This document shows, piece after piece, positions 29,200 through 38,764 of a stretch of 64,000 nucleotides of DNA. Under the pieces are notes generated by a model. That model did not search any database and was not told the DNA's origin. It was given only the letters and a program-made list of their open reading frames with translations. The stretch is taken from IMG/VR virus record IMGVR_UViG_2671180412_000004, one strand, 5' to 3'. Position 1 is the first letter of the stretch. The number at the start of each line of letters is the position of its first letter. The position numbers were made by a program, and so were the translations under genes. The DNA is from an uncultured virus (IMG/VR IMGVR_UViG_2671180412_000004) (Duplodnaviria > Heunggongvirae > Uroviricota > Caudoviricetes).

Positions 29200-29914
29200 A
29201 GCACGAATTGCATTTAGTGATTCCGTGGCCGCGCTGAATTGTTCCGTTATCCCGGTACATCCTTGGGTGTACGGGGTAGGGCAACAGACAGAAAACGGCG
29301 CGTATCTCAGCCCGGTAAACGCCATCAATTACCTGGCTGACAAGCTGGCCGGAACGGGTGGGGCGGCGGATATCGTGATCATGATGGTTTCTGGCCAGAC
29401 GCATGACAGCTTTATGGCCAGCCTGAACAAGCTTGTGGATGTATTCCCAAGCCCGGCATTTACCCAGGTGCGGAGGCTGGCGCAGTCCGCCGCGCAGCTG
29501 GCTGCGGAGAAGATGCAAATTCCGGCGAAATACAGTCAGAGTTTGCCCGCGGCGATCCCGCTTTCTGTGCCTACAAGCCGCACTGCTCTGGCGGCCGCAG
29601 CGGTGAAGAAAGCCCAGCAGGAGGCCGCAGCCGTCGCGGATTTGACGGGCGTAAAAAAGCTGATGGGGGATTTTAAACAGCAGCGCGAAAGCCTGATTTC
29701 TGGCATTGCCAGCGGATTAGCGGATTTGCAGGGAAAAAGCGCCAGGGCATGGGTGTTTACTGCCAGCGGCGATCTGCCGTCCACGCTTCTGGAGCTGGTA
29801 AAAGGGATTCCACTTCAGTCCTCTGTGTACACCGCCGCCATGATGCTGGTTGGCGACAATCTCGACGGCATAAAAGGAATGATACATGACCTCGAACCCG
29901 ACACTGGCGCTTAA
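29189..29914 (+). CDS. Hypothetical tail-region protein
   Basis: Coupled ORF in the HP1-like position after the fibre chaperone. Confidence 0.65.
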   Translation: MWREARIAFSDSVAALNCSVIPVHPWVYGVGQQTENGAYLSPVNAINYLADKLAGTGGAADIVIMMVSGQTHDSFMASLNKLVDVFPSPAFTQVRRLAQSAAQLAAEKMQIPAKYSQSLPAAIPLSVPTSRTALAAAAVKKAQQEAAAVADLTGVKKLMGDFKQQRESLISGIASGLADLQGKSARAWVFTASGDLPSTLLELVKGIPLQSSVYTAAMMLVGDNLDGIKGMIHDLEPDTGA

Positions 29915-30434
29915 CGGTGAAGCCATTCTGCTGAAGAACATGCGCGTGACCGTATCGCAGCAATTCCAGGACAAAGACCAGTCCGGCCAGACGAGTGCAA
30001 CCACGAAATCCGAGCAGGGCATCAAAGGCAAGGAGCTGCGCGTGTCCGGCGAAATTCCGTATAAAAATCCGGAGATCCTGCGCCGTATCTTTGAGCTGGC
30101 CAGCGCGACGGAGGCCAGCGGCCAGCGCCAGAAATACCGTGTTGCACATGAGGCAGCGCGGGCGGTGAATTTCCGTGAGGCTATTTTTACCGGAACACTG
30201 GACGCGCCGCCGCAGGACGGGCGCATGTCCTGGCTGGTTACGTTCACCCTGACCGAACATATCAGCGTGCAGGAAAAACGCGAGGCCAGGGCAAGCGGCA
30301 AAACCAAAGCCGTGAAGCAAACGGCGGGAAGTGGCGGAGGCCAGAACGGTGGCCAGGCCGCTGGCGAGGATGGCGAAAAATTGACGTGGTTTGAAAGCAA
30401 CGTGCTCAAGCCCGTAAATGACGCACTGGCATAA
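29886..30434 (+). CDS. Putative baseplate/tube initiator protein
   Basis: Coupled ORF; WLVTFTLTE motif; synteny. Confidence 0.6.
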   Translation: MTSNPTLALNGEAILLKNMRVTVSQQFQDKDQSGQTSATTKSEQGIKGKELRVSGEIPYKNPEILRRIFELASATEASGQRQKYRVAHEAARAVNFREAIFTGTLDAPPQDGRMSWLVTFTLTEHISVQEKREARASGKTKAVKQTAGSGGGQNGGQAAGEDGEKLTWFESNVLKPVNDALA

Positions 30435-30436
30435 TC

Positions 30437-32113
30437 ATGAAACCAATTAAACGTTTATATCTTTCAACGGATGAAATTCACCTGGCTGATGCCAGCCTGG
30501 TGCTGGAGCTGAACAGTTGCGGCCGGGGGTTTATTACGGCCGGAACAACGCAGGACTATACGGGGAAGCTGGTGCGTCTCGATGTGGGTTACACCGATCT
30601 GGTGTTGCGCTGGTTTACCGGGTACGTGGAACGCTCGCAACCTGCTGAAAACGGCTTTCAGCGTCTCTTTGTCCGTGAGCTGGTCGGCGTATTTGAACGC
30701 CTCTGGCCATGTTCGTTTCAGCACCCCACGCTGCGCGATGTGGCCAGCTGGCTTACAGAGCACAGCGGCCTGACCTTCAGCGTGCCGGATGCAGATTATT
30801 CAGACCGTCCGATCCCACATTTCACCCACAGCGGGACGGGGTATCAGCTGCTTGATAATCTCGGAAAGGCTTTCGGCATTACGGATTACGTCTGGTATCA
30901 GCTGCCGGACGGCGCGGTATATGTTGGCGGCGCGGAAAAAGCCCTGTTTGCTGGTCGCCCGATTGAGATCCCACATGAATTTAATCAGGGGGCGGCCGGG
31001 GGGAACTCAATGACGCTTCCCCTGGTGCAGAGTCTGCGCCCCGGCGTGGAGCTGAACGGGGAACGGGTAACAAAAGTCCACCTGCAAAATGATACGATGG
31101 CTGTCACCTGGACACCACGCAACCGTGCGACGGGTAAGCCACTGCAAAAAACACCCGTTCAGCGCCAGATTGAAAGCCATTATCCGGAGCTGGCATCCGG
31201 GATGCATTTGCCAAAGTTTGGCCGTGTGATGAATCCCGTTGAGGCAGTGAAAAGCGGCAATTTCTCCGATCCGTTCCGTCCCCGCTATGCGGTTGACGTG
31301 CAGCTGCTGGACGCGGACGGCAACCCGGAAAAAGACACGCCTGTTTATTCGGCCGTTCCGCTACCGGTTCCTATGGCGGGTAATGATTCGGGGATGTTCC
31401 AGTTTCCGCCTGAAGGAACGCTGGTCGAAATCGCTTTTACTGGCGGACGGCCGGATAAGCCTTTTGTACGGCAGACCGTGCCGGACGGAACCAGCCTCCC
31501 GGATATCCAGCCTGGCGAACAGCTGCAACAGCAGCGCGCGGAAGTATCGCAGCGCGTCACCCAGGCGGGGGACTGGGTGAGGCAGACAGACCAGACGATC
31601 AGTGAAACCTCAATGGCGCGGGTGGTTAAGGCCGATACAGAACAGCGGGAGCTGGTCAGCCGCGAAACCACGGTTAAAGCCACGGATAAAATTACCGTGC
31701 TGGGCACGTCCACGCTGATGGCTGGAGCAATTCAGCAGGTGTGTACGGGGGATTACAGCCAGGCTGTGAATAACCGCGTGGCGAGTATCGGCGGCAATGA
31801 TGAAACGGACATAGCCGGGAGCCAGACAGTCACAACGGGTAAAGACCTGATCGAGAAAATTGGCCAGATTCGTAAAAGCGTGGCGGCCGTGCAACAGCAG
31901 ATTATTGCCCCGGTGGTGTGGATTGGCTCTGGCACTATCAACGTGGCACAGCTGATGCTCGACACGCTCGACGTGGTTAAAGAGCTGGCAGAGCAAACGG
32001 CAAGCCACACGCACAGCAATACGGGAGCACCGACTAACGCGGGAGCAATCCGGAACACCGGAGCGAAAGCGGACACGCTGAACGGCAAATACTCCCCGGT
32101 GATTGGCAAGTAA
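30437..32113 (+). CDS. Baseplate hub/spike protein
   Basis: C-terminal beta-repeat region ending in an HTH (HxH) spike-tip motif. Confidence 0.65.
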   Translation: MKPIKRLYLSTDEIHLADASLVLELNSCGRGFITAGTTQDYTGKLVRLDVGYTDLVLRWFTGYVERSQPAENGFQRLFVRELVGVFERLWPCSFQHPTLRDVASWLTEHSGLTFSVPDADYSDRPIPHFTHSGTGYQLLDNLGKAFGITDYVWYQLPDGAVYVGGAEKALFAGRPIEIPHEFNQGAAGGNSMTLPLVQSLRPGVELNGERVTKVHLQNDTMAVTWTPRNRATGKPLQKTPVQRQIESHYPELASGMHLPKFGRVMNPVEAVKSGNFSDPFRPRYAVDVQLLDADGNPEKDTPVYSAVPLPVPMAGNDSGMFQFPPEGTLVEIAFTGGRPDKPFVRQTVPDGTSLPDIQPGEQLQQQRAEVSQRVTQAGDWVRQTDQTISETSMARVVKADTEQRELVSRETTVKATDKITVLGTSTLMAGAIQQVCTGDYSQAVNNRVASIGGNDETDIAGSQTVTTGKDLIEKIGQIRKSVAAVQQQIIAPVVWIGSGTINVAQLMLDTLDVVKELAEQTASHTHSNTGAPTNAGAIRNTGAKADTLNGKYSPVIGK

Positions 32114-32127
32114 ACCAGTCCAGAACA

Positions 32128-32151
32128 TAACCCGCGAAAGCGGGTTTTTTT
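32128..32151 (+). terminator. Rho-independent terminator of the late operon
   Basis: aacccgc-gaaa-gcgggtt followed by a T run. Confidence 0.88.
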
Positions 32152-32337
32152 ATGCCCTTCATCCCCAGGCGGGGATATCTCTTTTCTTACCTCTTCGGCT
32201 ATCGCTACGCGCTGTCAGCGGCGCTCTGGCGCGTTCAGCTTTTTCGTACACTCATAGCCACCCTTAAAACAGATCGTGTCCACAGCGGGGCGCTGGCGCG
32301 TCACAGCACGGCCAAAAAAATCTTTCGCAGACCAAAA

Positions 32338-32363
32338 TCGCACTACACCGCACCCGCCTGCGG
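32338..32363 (-). other. Candidate cos site of prophage 1
   Basis: Minus strand GCAGGCGGGTGCGGTGTAGTGCGA resembles the prophage 2 cos context GCAGGCGTGGCGGGGCTACGA; flanked by repeated TTTTCAG/CTGAAAA motifs; HP1 has cos near attP. Confidence 0.45.
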
Positions 32364-32777
32364 TTTTTGGATCATAAAAATTTTTCAGTTTTATTTTTCT
32401 ACAAACCAGACCGCCAGACCGCGCCAGTGCTGGCGGCTTTGTGTAAAACCAGAACTGAAAAGATTGAAAAGAATTTCAGTGTTTTTCAGTTGATAGGATC
32501 TATGGATGAATTCACGAAGTTTGTAATGCTCAGTTTATTAAGGTTTTTTTGTTTTTTTTGTGGCTTACTAATGATCAAGTGTCATATGTGTCGCAACAGT
32601 TCAAACACCTAACACTTGGGACGTGGTGTGGCTTTGCGAGAAAAATGCGAATGTGACTGGACTGAAAAATCGTCCTCACCATACTTTTTTCATGCACAGC
32701 ATAATGAGGAGGATATATGAATAGCTTAATTTTAGGCGAAGCCAAAATTCGGGTATAGACACATGATTAACTTGTTA

Positions 32778-34205
32778 TTAAGTTAATCTGTAAATTATTT
32801 TTGTCGTGTTATCAACCGCTCCTTTGAGCCTTGATACCTTGGAATAGAGGGAGCCTGTTAAATGTGAAACTATATCAACTTTTTTCTCACTCTCGTTGAT
32901 GATATCTAAACGCGATCTTACATTTTCAACAATTTCAGAAGCATCACGAAACGAAGCGTTCAGTTCTCGCTTACAACTTAAATATTTGTCTGCGCCAACT
33001 ATGTTTATTATTTCGTTTCGGTATAGGCGTAGATTTGAAAGCAACTTCTCAGCTTCATGTGAAATGGAGTCATATTCTTCTAAAATAGAAACATGCATAC
33101 TGATGGCCGCATTTAAGTCTTTTGGCGAATGGATTAAAAAATTCCTGATATTTTTACTGTTGAGATCGAATGATGAATCTACCATCAAAAATTTATTGTT
33201 ACTATTTTGGAGTTTTTCAATGAGTTGTCCATCGTAATAGTCGATGTGTAAATGTTCGATTGTGTTGTTTTTAGATAGACCTTCAACCTCTTTTAATGAT
33301 TCATCGCTAACATTAATATTCTTTAAATATGTCTTTGCATCTAATAGAAAAGTTGACTGACTTATCAATTTGAAGTTTTCAATGCTAGATTCTTTGCATA
33401 TTTCTGTCTTAAGCGCTTCCAGAGGGCCGTGTGTTTCGCCAGAGTATACATACCACCAATCTTCTTTTGTATCATCACATATGAAAACAACGTTTTTAAT
33501 GTTATCCGCTTTTGCCTTGGTGATGATTTCTTTCCACAAATATAAATCACCAAATTTATCTTGGAAATGTACCCCCGAAAAGAAAGAAATGTCCTTTTTA
33601 GGTGCATCTTTAAAGCCTGGTGGGATTTTTTTTTCATATCGACTCTCGCCTTCTTTATTGATTTCATCAATAAATTGTTGAGTAGGAATAGGGCCAACAT
33701 TATTGTTTATTATTGAATCTATTTGATCGCGAATAAAATCATGTTCTGAAATGCGTAATTTACTCTCGATTCTAGGTGTGATTTTCTCGTTTATGAAAGC
33801 TTCTATGGGTTCTTTTAATTGTAATTGTAAGGCAGTGACTTCATTATTTAATGAGTTATATAAGTGCTTTTTTACGCTGCCATGAGATAAAATATTATCA
33901 TTATATATTCTATGGAGGCCTTCTTGGATTTTTCGTAAGCTCGCTATACTTTCAGCAATGACTGTTCGTCTATTTCTTTGATATTCAAATCCGACCTGGA
34001 ATGGAATCCAAGTCCGGCTAGAGACTGCATTCATTACTTTTAATATTTCTTCTCGTGTGTGATCTTCGCAACGATACAAGTTCAGTAGACAATTTGTATC
34101 AAAAACAAACAATGTAGAATCCGCCTCCCAAATCTCTTTAAGTACTTCATCAGAAGTGCTGTAAAAACCTGTATAAGTCGACCTCATAGGCTTGTCCCTT
34201 CTCAT
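32778..34205 (-). CDS. PIN-like domain protein (PIN_8/DUF4935 type), candidate defence nuclease
   Basis: FVFDTNCLLNLY, IPFQVGFE, PPGFKD, GDLYLWKEI and DDTKEDWW motifs; AT-rich; long helical C-terminus. Confidence 0.82.
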   Translation of the reverse strand: MRRDKPMRSTYTGFYSTSDEVLKEIWEADSTLFVFDTNCLLNLYRCEDHTREEILKVMNAVSSRTWIPFQVGFEYQRNRRTVIAESIASLRKIQEGLHRIYNDNILSHGSVKKHLYNSLNNEVTALQLQLKEPIEAFINEKITPRIESKLRISEHDFIRDQIDSIINNNVGPIPTQQFIDEINKEGESRYEKKIPPGFKDAPKKDISFFSGVHFQDKFGDLYLWKEIITKAKADNIKNVVFICDDTKEDWWYVYSGETHGPLEALKTEICKESSIENFKLISQSTFLLDAKTYLKNINVSDESLKEVEGLSKNNTIEHLHIDYYDGQLIEKLQNSNNKFLMVDSSFDLNSKNIRNFLIHSPKDLNAAISMHVSILEEYDSISHEAEKLLSNLRLYRNEIINIVGADKYLSCKRELNASFRDASEIVENVRSRLDIINESEKKVDIVSHLTGSLYSKVSRLKGAVDNTTKIIYRLT

Positions 34206-34387
34206 AAATATTATGTTTTAAGTAACATAATGTAAACAAGTACCGAAGGCTAAATCAATAGGTTTAGCGAGCAATATGGGCTAAAGAAAGGTAAACGAAA
34301 TCCAGTCACACAATGGTTGCTCTCTTCGAAAACCACTATAAAAAGTGGGTTGGCTCTTCTGAGGCAGTCTTCATGCCGAGAAACTCA

Positions 34388-34406
34388 TGCGACACTTTTG
34401 CGACAC
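34388..34406. promoter_or_regulatory. Integrase arm-type site (TGCGACAC direct repeat)
   Basis: Identical to 2122-2140. Confidence 0.75.
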
Positions 34407-34468
34407 CTAAAACGTCACCATTGGAATGTATTAATGGATATTTTGGTTAACTGCATGATTTTAAAGGT

Positions 34469-34521
34469 AAAATTTGGTGGCCCCTGCTGGACTTGAACCA
34501 GCGACCAAGCGATTATGAGTC
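34469..34521 (-). repeat. att core 2: 3' half of tRNA-Ile2(CAU), junction of prophages 1 and 2
   Basis: 34469-34519 is identical to 1976-2026; the tRNA match extends 2 nt further (gagtc). Confidence 0.95.
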
Positions 34522-34560
34522 CGAAACTTATCTTAATGAAAACAATAATTTACAGTAAAT

Positions 34561-35646
34561 TCAAGCGCATATAATTTCGTATATTGTCGAAAAGTATTGC
34601 ATAGTGCTGCGCTGTGCTGCCATTTTGCTGCCACCAATTAGGTTTAAGGGGTTTAGTTGAACCGCTTCTGTTAGATGGTCGGGGGCAAAGTGAGCATACC
34701 GCATAGTAACTTTGATATCCGTATGTCCGAGGATGCGTTGTAAGACCAAAATATTGCCGCCGCCCATCATGAAATGACTGGCAAAAGTATGTCGAAGAAC
34801 ATGCGAAAGCTGACCATCAGGCAGCTCTATCCCCGCGCGTTTTATCGCGCTTCTGAATGCTGAATAACATCCGGTAAAGAGTGGTTTCGAAGTTCGGCTT
34901 TTGGGTAGCAGTTCGTAAAGCTCATCACTGATTGGAACCGCTCGGTTCTTCTTTCCTTTCGTTTTGATAAAAGTGATCTTGCCAGGGCTTATCTGTTTGC
35001 CAGTTAAGCTTTCGGCCTCTCCCCATCTTGCGCCGGTCGCAAGGCAGATTTTAACAATCGTGGCTAAATCCGCTGCTTTGCTTTTCTCGCACTCTTCAAG
35101 CAAGCGTGTTGCTTCCTCAACTGTAAGCCAGGCCAGCTCAACTTCAGCAATCTTAAACTCTCTGACGTTTTCGAGAGGGTTTGGTGCTGTCCAATCATCA
35201 AGTCTTTTCAACTCATTGAACATGGCCCGAAAGTAAGCCAGTTCAAGGTTTACCGTGCGAGGCGTTACGGACTTCACGCGATCAGAGCGGGTTATTTTTC
35301 CGCTCAACCGCTGCTCCCTATATGTTGAGAACAATTTAGCGTTGAATTCAGTTGCGAGAGGATCACCCATAGCGAGACAGGCAAACTCCATTGCGCCTTT
35401 ACGCTTCTCGCCATCAGCAAGTGTTACACCATGTGCGTTATACCAGGCTGTAACCAAATCCCGAACGCGGCGTTTGTCTGTTTTCTCACCCAGCCACGGC
35501 TTATCTTGGGCTTGTTCCTTTACATGACGCTCGAATGCAAGGGCCTCGCCCTTCGTGGCAAACTGGCGACGGATGCGTTTACCATCGCGCCCATTTGGGA
35601 AAACTTGTGCCTGCCACTTTCCATTCGACAACTTACTAACAGACAT
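34561..35646 (-). CDS. int: Tyrosine integrase
   Basis: TGARWGE, HVLRHTFASH, LGH...MRYAH; clearly homologous to 3936-4973. Confidence 0.97.
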   Translation of the reverse strand: MSVSKLSNGKWQAQVFPNGRDGKRIRRQFATKGEALAFERHVKEQAQDKPWLGEKTDKRRVRDLVTAWYNAHGVTLADGEKRKGAMEFACLAMGDPLATEFNAKLFSTYREQRLSGKITRSDRVKSVTPRTVNLELAYFRAMFNELKRLDDWTAPNPLENVREFKIAEVELAWLTVEEATRLLEECEKSKAADLATIVKICLATGARWGEAESLTGKQISPGKITFIKTKGKKNRAVPISDELYELLPKSRTSKPLFTGCYSAFRSAIKRAGIELPDGQLSHVLRHTFASHFMMGGGNILVLQRILGHTDIKVTMRYAHFAPDHLTEAVQLNPLNLIGGSKMAAQRSTMQYFSTIYEIICA

Positions 35647-35659
35647 ATCGTTTTCTGTC

Positions 35660-36526
35660 CTATACGCCGACTTCTACAATTTCATCCAACTCAGGATGAC
35701 TTTCAGGGTATTTGAAGAAAGCACTCTTGCCATATTTAAAGATAAAGAGCAGTTCCCCGTTTGCAGTTTCTATAGAATCAAGCTGACCGAGCATTACTAA
35801 TGTCCGCTGATTCATATAAGTTCTGCCGATTAAATCGTTCGGTTGATTTGTTTTTATTTGCTCAATTAAATAAGAAACACGAGGCCTAAATGACGTGGTT
35901 TTGCTGTTGCTGTAAACTTTTTTGGGTTCATCGATTTTATTTAAAATCTGATTTAACGTTTCAAAAATCAAAGTGTCTTGTTTGCTTAACTGTGTTTTTT
36001 CGCCCACTTTCGCTGGTTCAATACTTAGAAGCTGAACAATAGAATTAACATCGTTTGAATCTGCTTCAAAGGTGCTGGATATGGCTTTTTCTAAGGATTT
36101 AATATTGTTGAAAGCGTTGTCAATGCGCAGCGAGCTATCATATTCACAATATCTGAAAGCTTGCACATCAAACGGACTAATTGTCCTGTCATCCTTTATC
36201 AATACTGTTTTTTTATTGAAAGCCTGTCTAAGTCCTAGCTCATACATCACATTAGGATTTCTGCCGCTCAAATCGCATATAGCAATATCTGATTCAACAA
36301 TTCTTTTTAAAATATCTAAAACAATTAAATTAGAGTTATTAACTTCATCGGCTCTTACTGGTTTAAAGCCAGAAGCAAGACATGCTGGCTTTATCAGATG
36401 GCTATATACCCTGTCAAAATGACGTGGATCATAACCAGCCATGTCAGCGATAGGCATGATGACAAAGCAAGAGCGCTCAAGTTTTTCAGCTTCTTGCTCT
36501 GTCGTTGCTTTAGTTGCAGACGTCAT
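35660..36526 (-). CDS. Nucleoside 2-deoxyribosyltransferase-like / TIR-like domain protein
   Basis: CFVIMP...RADE...SDIAICDLSGRNPNVMYELGLR...SPFDV motifs; inserted between cI and int; AT-rich. Confidence 0.75.
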   Translation of the reverse strand: MTSATKATTEQEAEKLERSCFVIMPIADMAGYDPRHFDRVYSHLIKPACLASGFKPVRADEVNNSNLIVLDILKRIVESDIAICDLSGRNPNVMYELGLRQAFNKKTVLIKDDRTISPFDVQAFRYCEYDSSLRIDNAFNNIKSLEKAISSTFEADSNDVNSIVQLLSIEPAKVGEKTQLSKQDTLIFETLNQILNKIDEPKKVYSNSKTTSFRPRVSYLIEQIKTNQPNDLIGRTYMNQRTLVMLGQLDSIETANGELLFIFKYGKSAFFKYPESHPELDEIVEVGV

Positions 36527-36535
36527 ATTCTATCC

Positions 36536-37102
36536 TTAAATTAAATGTTCTGTTTTGAGGATGACTTTCCCAAACACCTTTATGTCCTCAGCTTTACATT
36601 CAAAAGATGCTTTACCATTTTCGACGCGTATACGGCCCCCAGGAAATCTAAATATTTCCCTAATACTATATAGCCCATCAATCTCAATGACCCACCAACC
36701 ATCATTTATCTCCCCTTCATGTTCATCAATAAGGTAAAGGGAGTTTTCATAGGCGACTAAAGATGGATTCGAAAGACCGGAGGGGAGCAAACTACCGTCA
36801 TAGTAGATGTCGTTATGTGATGACAAAACCCCATCTGTAATTTTGAAGTGTTTTAAAGCTAAAGCTTGATGTTCGACCTCATCTTGGTACATCGCTCCTT
36901 CCCCTGAGATTAACCACTGCAGTGACGCACCCGTTTCGATACTACAGATGATTGTCCAATCTGAAGGGAAGGTATTGCGGGCATATCTGTTTGCCATCGT
37001 ACTTTGGGAAATCCCTAGGTGGTTGCATAGGGACTGTCGAGTTGTAAAACCGTAGGCTTTCAGAATTCGCTCAATGACCGGCTGGCCGCCAGTATTTTGC
37101 AT
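36536..37102 (-). CDS. cI: 186-type CI repressor (start uncertain)
   Basis: GGQPVIERILKAYGF, ETGASLQWLISGEG motifs. Confidence 0.9.
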   Translation of the reverse strand: MQNTGGQPVIERILKAYGFTTRQSLCNHLGISQSTMANRYARNTFPSDWTIICSIETGASLQWLISGEGAMYQDEVEHQALALKHFKITDGVLSSHNDIYYDGSLLPSGLSNPSLVAYENSLYLIDEHEGEINDGWWVIEIDGLYSIREIFRFPGGRIRVENGKASFECKAEDIKVFGKVILKTEHLI

Positions 37103-37128
37103 AATGTTACTTTGCAACTTCTGTGGCA

Positions 37129-37229
37129 TATGGCGATTTGTGATGTTTCGTGTTGACATTGGCGTTTTGTGATCCTATTCTCCGTTGTGTGAAGCAACGA
37201 ATAGTGATTAACAGTCTCGAATAGTGTTG
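37129..37229 (+). promoter_or_regulatory. Early lytic promoter with operator-like repeats
   Basis: TTGACA (37153-58), 17-bp spacer, TATTCT (37176-81); tggcgwtttgtgat twice and cgaatagtg twice. Confidence 0.65.
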
Positions 37230-37258
37230 AGACAACCCAAAATGAGGATTATTGCATC

Positions 37259-37495
37259 ATGCATCGTCAACTTTCAATGCGTCCTAGCATCAATCTTGTG
37301 GTGTCAGAGCCATTCATAACTCTTGATGAGTTCTGTCGTCGTACCGGCTACAAGCTTAGTTATGCCCGGCAAATGATCCGTGAAGGACGTTTACCTATCC
37401 GCAAAAAAGAAGGGGTAAACAGCCTTATCGAAGTAAACATGTTTGCATTGACGATGGAAGCGGCTCAAGGCTGCGAAATCGCAATGCAAGCCTGA
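37259..37495 (+). CDS. apl: Apl/Cox excisionase-repressor
   Basis: PFITLDEFCRRTG; homologous to 5690-5911. Confidence 0.85.
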   Translation: MHRQLSMRPSINLVVSEPFITLDEFCRRTGYKLSYARQMIREGRLPIRKKEGVNSLIEVNMFALTMEAAQGCEIAMQA

Positions 37496-37529
37496 TAGTT
37501 CCATTTTGGGATGAAATAGGATTAAGAAC

Positions 37530-38039
37530 ATGTTTGATTTTCGCATTTCCAAACATCCTCACTTTGATGAAGCCTGCCGCGCTTTTGCACTGCGTCACAA
37601 TATGGTGAAGCTGGCAGACCGCGCAGGAATAAAGGTCCAGACGCTGCGCAACAAGCTTAACCCTGAGCAGCCCCATCAGCTTACGCCGCTGGAAATCTGG
37701 TTACTGACGGATATCACTGAGGATTCCACGCTGGTTGATGGCTTCCTGGCTCAAATTCATTGCCTGCCGTGCGTTCCTACGAACGAAGTGGCAAAAGAAA
37801 AACTTCCGCATTACGTCATGAGCGCGACAGCTGAAATTGGTCGTGTGGCTGCAGGTGCTGTGTCCGGTGAAGTAGGGACTACAACTGGCCGCCGTGATGT
37901 GATCAGCAGCATCAACTCTGTCACCCGCCTTATGGCGTTGGCTGCGATCTCCATGCAGGCACGTCTGCAGGCTAACCCAGCTATGGCTAGCACTATTGAT
38001 ACGGTTACAGGTATCAGTGCGACTTTCGGGTTTATGTGA
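37530..38039 (+). CDS. cII: CII establishment activator
   Basis: MFDFRISKHPHFDEAC...LRNKLNPEQPH motif. Confidence 0.92.
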   Translation: MFDFRISKHPHFDEACRAFALRHNMVKLADRAGIKVQTLRNKLNPEQPHQLTPLEIWLLTDITEDSTLVDGFLAQIHCLPCVPTNEVAKEKLPHYVMSATAEIGRVAAGAVSGEVGTTTGRRDVISSINSVTRLMALAAISMQARLQANPAMASTIDTVTGISATFGFM

Positions 38040-38046
38040 GGTGGTC

Positions 38047-38271
38047 ATGCTGAAAAATGAACCTTCTTTTGCCTCGCTCCTGAAAAAGCAAAGTCCGGCA
38101 ATGCACTACGGCCACGGCTGGATTGCAGGAGATAACGGCAAGCGCTGGCACCCATGCCGCGATCAGTCCGAATTATTAAACGGGCTGAAAACAGAAACGG
38201 CGAAGCCGTTAGCTTTTTTAATTATTCGCATTTTTCGCTTGGTTATGAAAGGAGTGAAGCATGTCTCGTAA
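38047..38271 (+). CDS. fil: Fil-like early protein
   Basis: PSFASLLKKQSPAMHYGHGWI...GKRWHP; 186 synteny. Confidence 0.7.
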   Translation: MLKNEPSFASLLKKQSPAMHYGHGWIAGDNGKRWHPCRDQSELLNGLKTETAKPLAFLIIRIFRLVMKGVKHVS

Positions 38272-38461
38272 TGACCTGAGAATTATTCTAGGCGTAATCA
38301 TCCCAAATATGGCTGACGGTTTTGAGATTAAAACCCGTGACGGTGCTGTTTTGCGTGTCGATCCTGAATGGGATTGCTGCAAGGCATTTAAAGAAGGGTT
38401 GCAGACTGAAATCATTAACCAGCTTAAAAGTATGCCGGTCCCTGTTTCTGGATATATCTAA
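38261..38461 (+). CDS. Dhr-like small early protein
   Basis: 66-aa ORF after fil, as in 186. Confidence 0.55.
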   Translation: MSRNDLRIILGVIIPNMADGFEIKTRDGAVLRVDPEWDCCKAFKEGLQTEIINQLKSMPVPVSGYI

Positions 38462-38524
38462 GTAATTAATCCGTTTTTTTTGGCGTAAACCCGCCGGGCA
38501 TTTTTTTGCCCGAATTCTGAGGAA

Positions 38525-38764
38525 ATGAATATGAAAAATACTAAAACCCACTCAACGAAAACAGGCCCAGACGATGCTGGCCTGTTCGCTTTGTTAAATG
38601 AAACGCGCATGGATGAGCGCCGTTGCCGTGCTGATGCAATGGCGGCTCGTCTGGATAGTCTGGCCGTGCGCATCGTTTCCCGTCAGTTGAGCCATATCGA
38701 GGCGGCCGAACTGCTTCGCGTTGAAGCGGTACGCATCCAGAACGAAGCGCAGGAGCTGCATTAA
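38525..38764 (+). CDS. DUF2732-like protein
   Basis: MAARLDSLA...EAAELLRVEA motif. Confidence 0.75.
   Translation: MNMKNTKTHSTKTGPDDAGLFALLNETRMDERRCRADAMAARLDSLAVRIVSRQLSHIEAAELLRVEAVRIQNEAQELH

Larger units (their letters stand above)
2027..34468. mobile_element. Prophage 1: apparently complete HP1/K139-like P2-superfamily prophage
   Basis: Bounded by att repeats; int-cI-cox-cII-dam-repA-ogr-portal-terminase-head-tail-lysis-baseplate-fibre all present as open ORFs. Confidence 0.95.

Noticed and set aside
32152..32612. ORFs 32152-32493 and 32367-32612
   Set aside because: They start in or after a terminator, have no RBS or motifs, and overlap the probable cos region.
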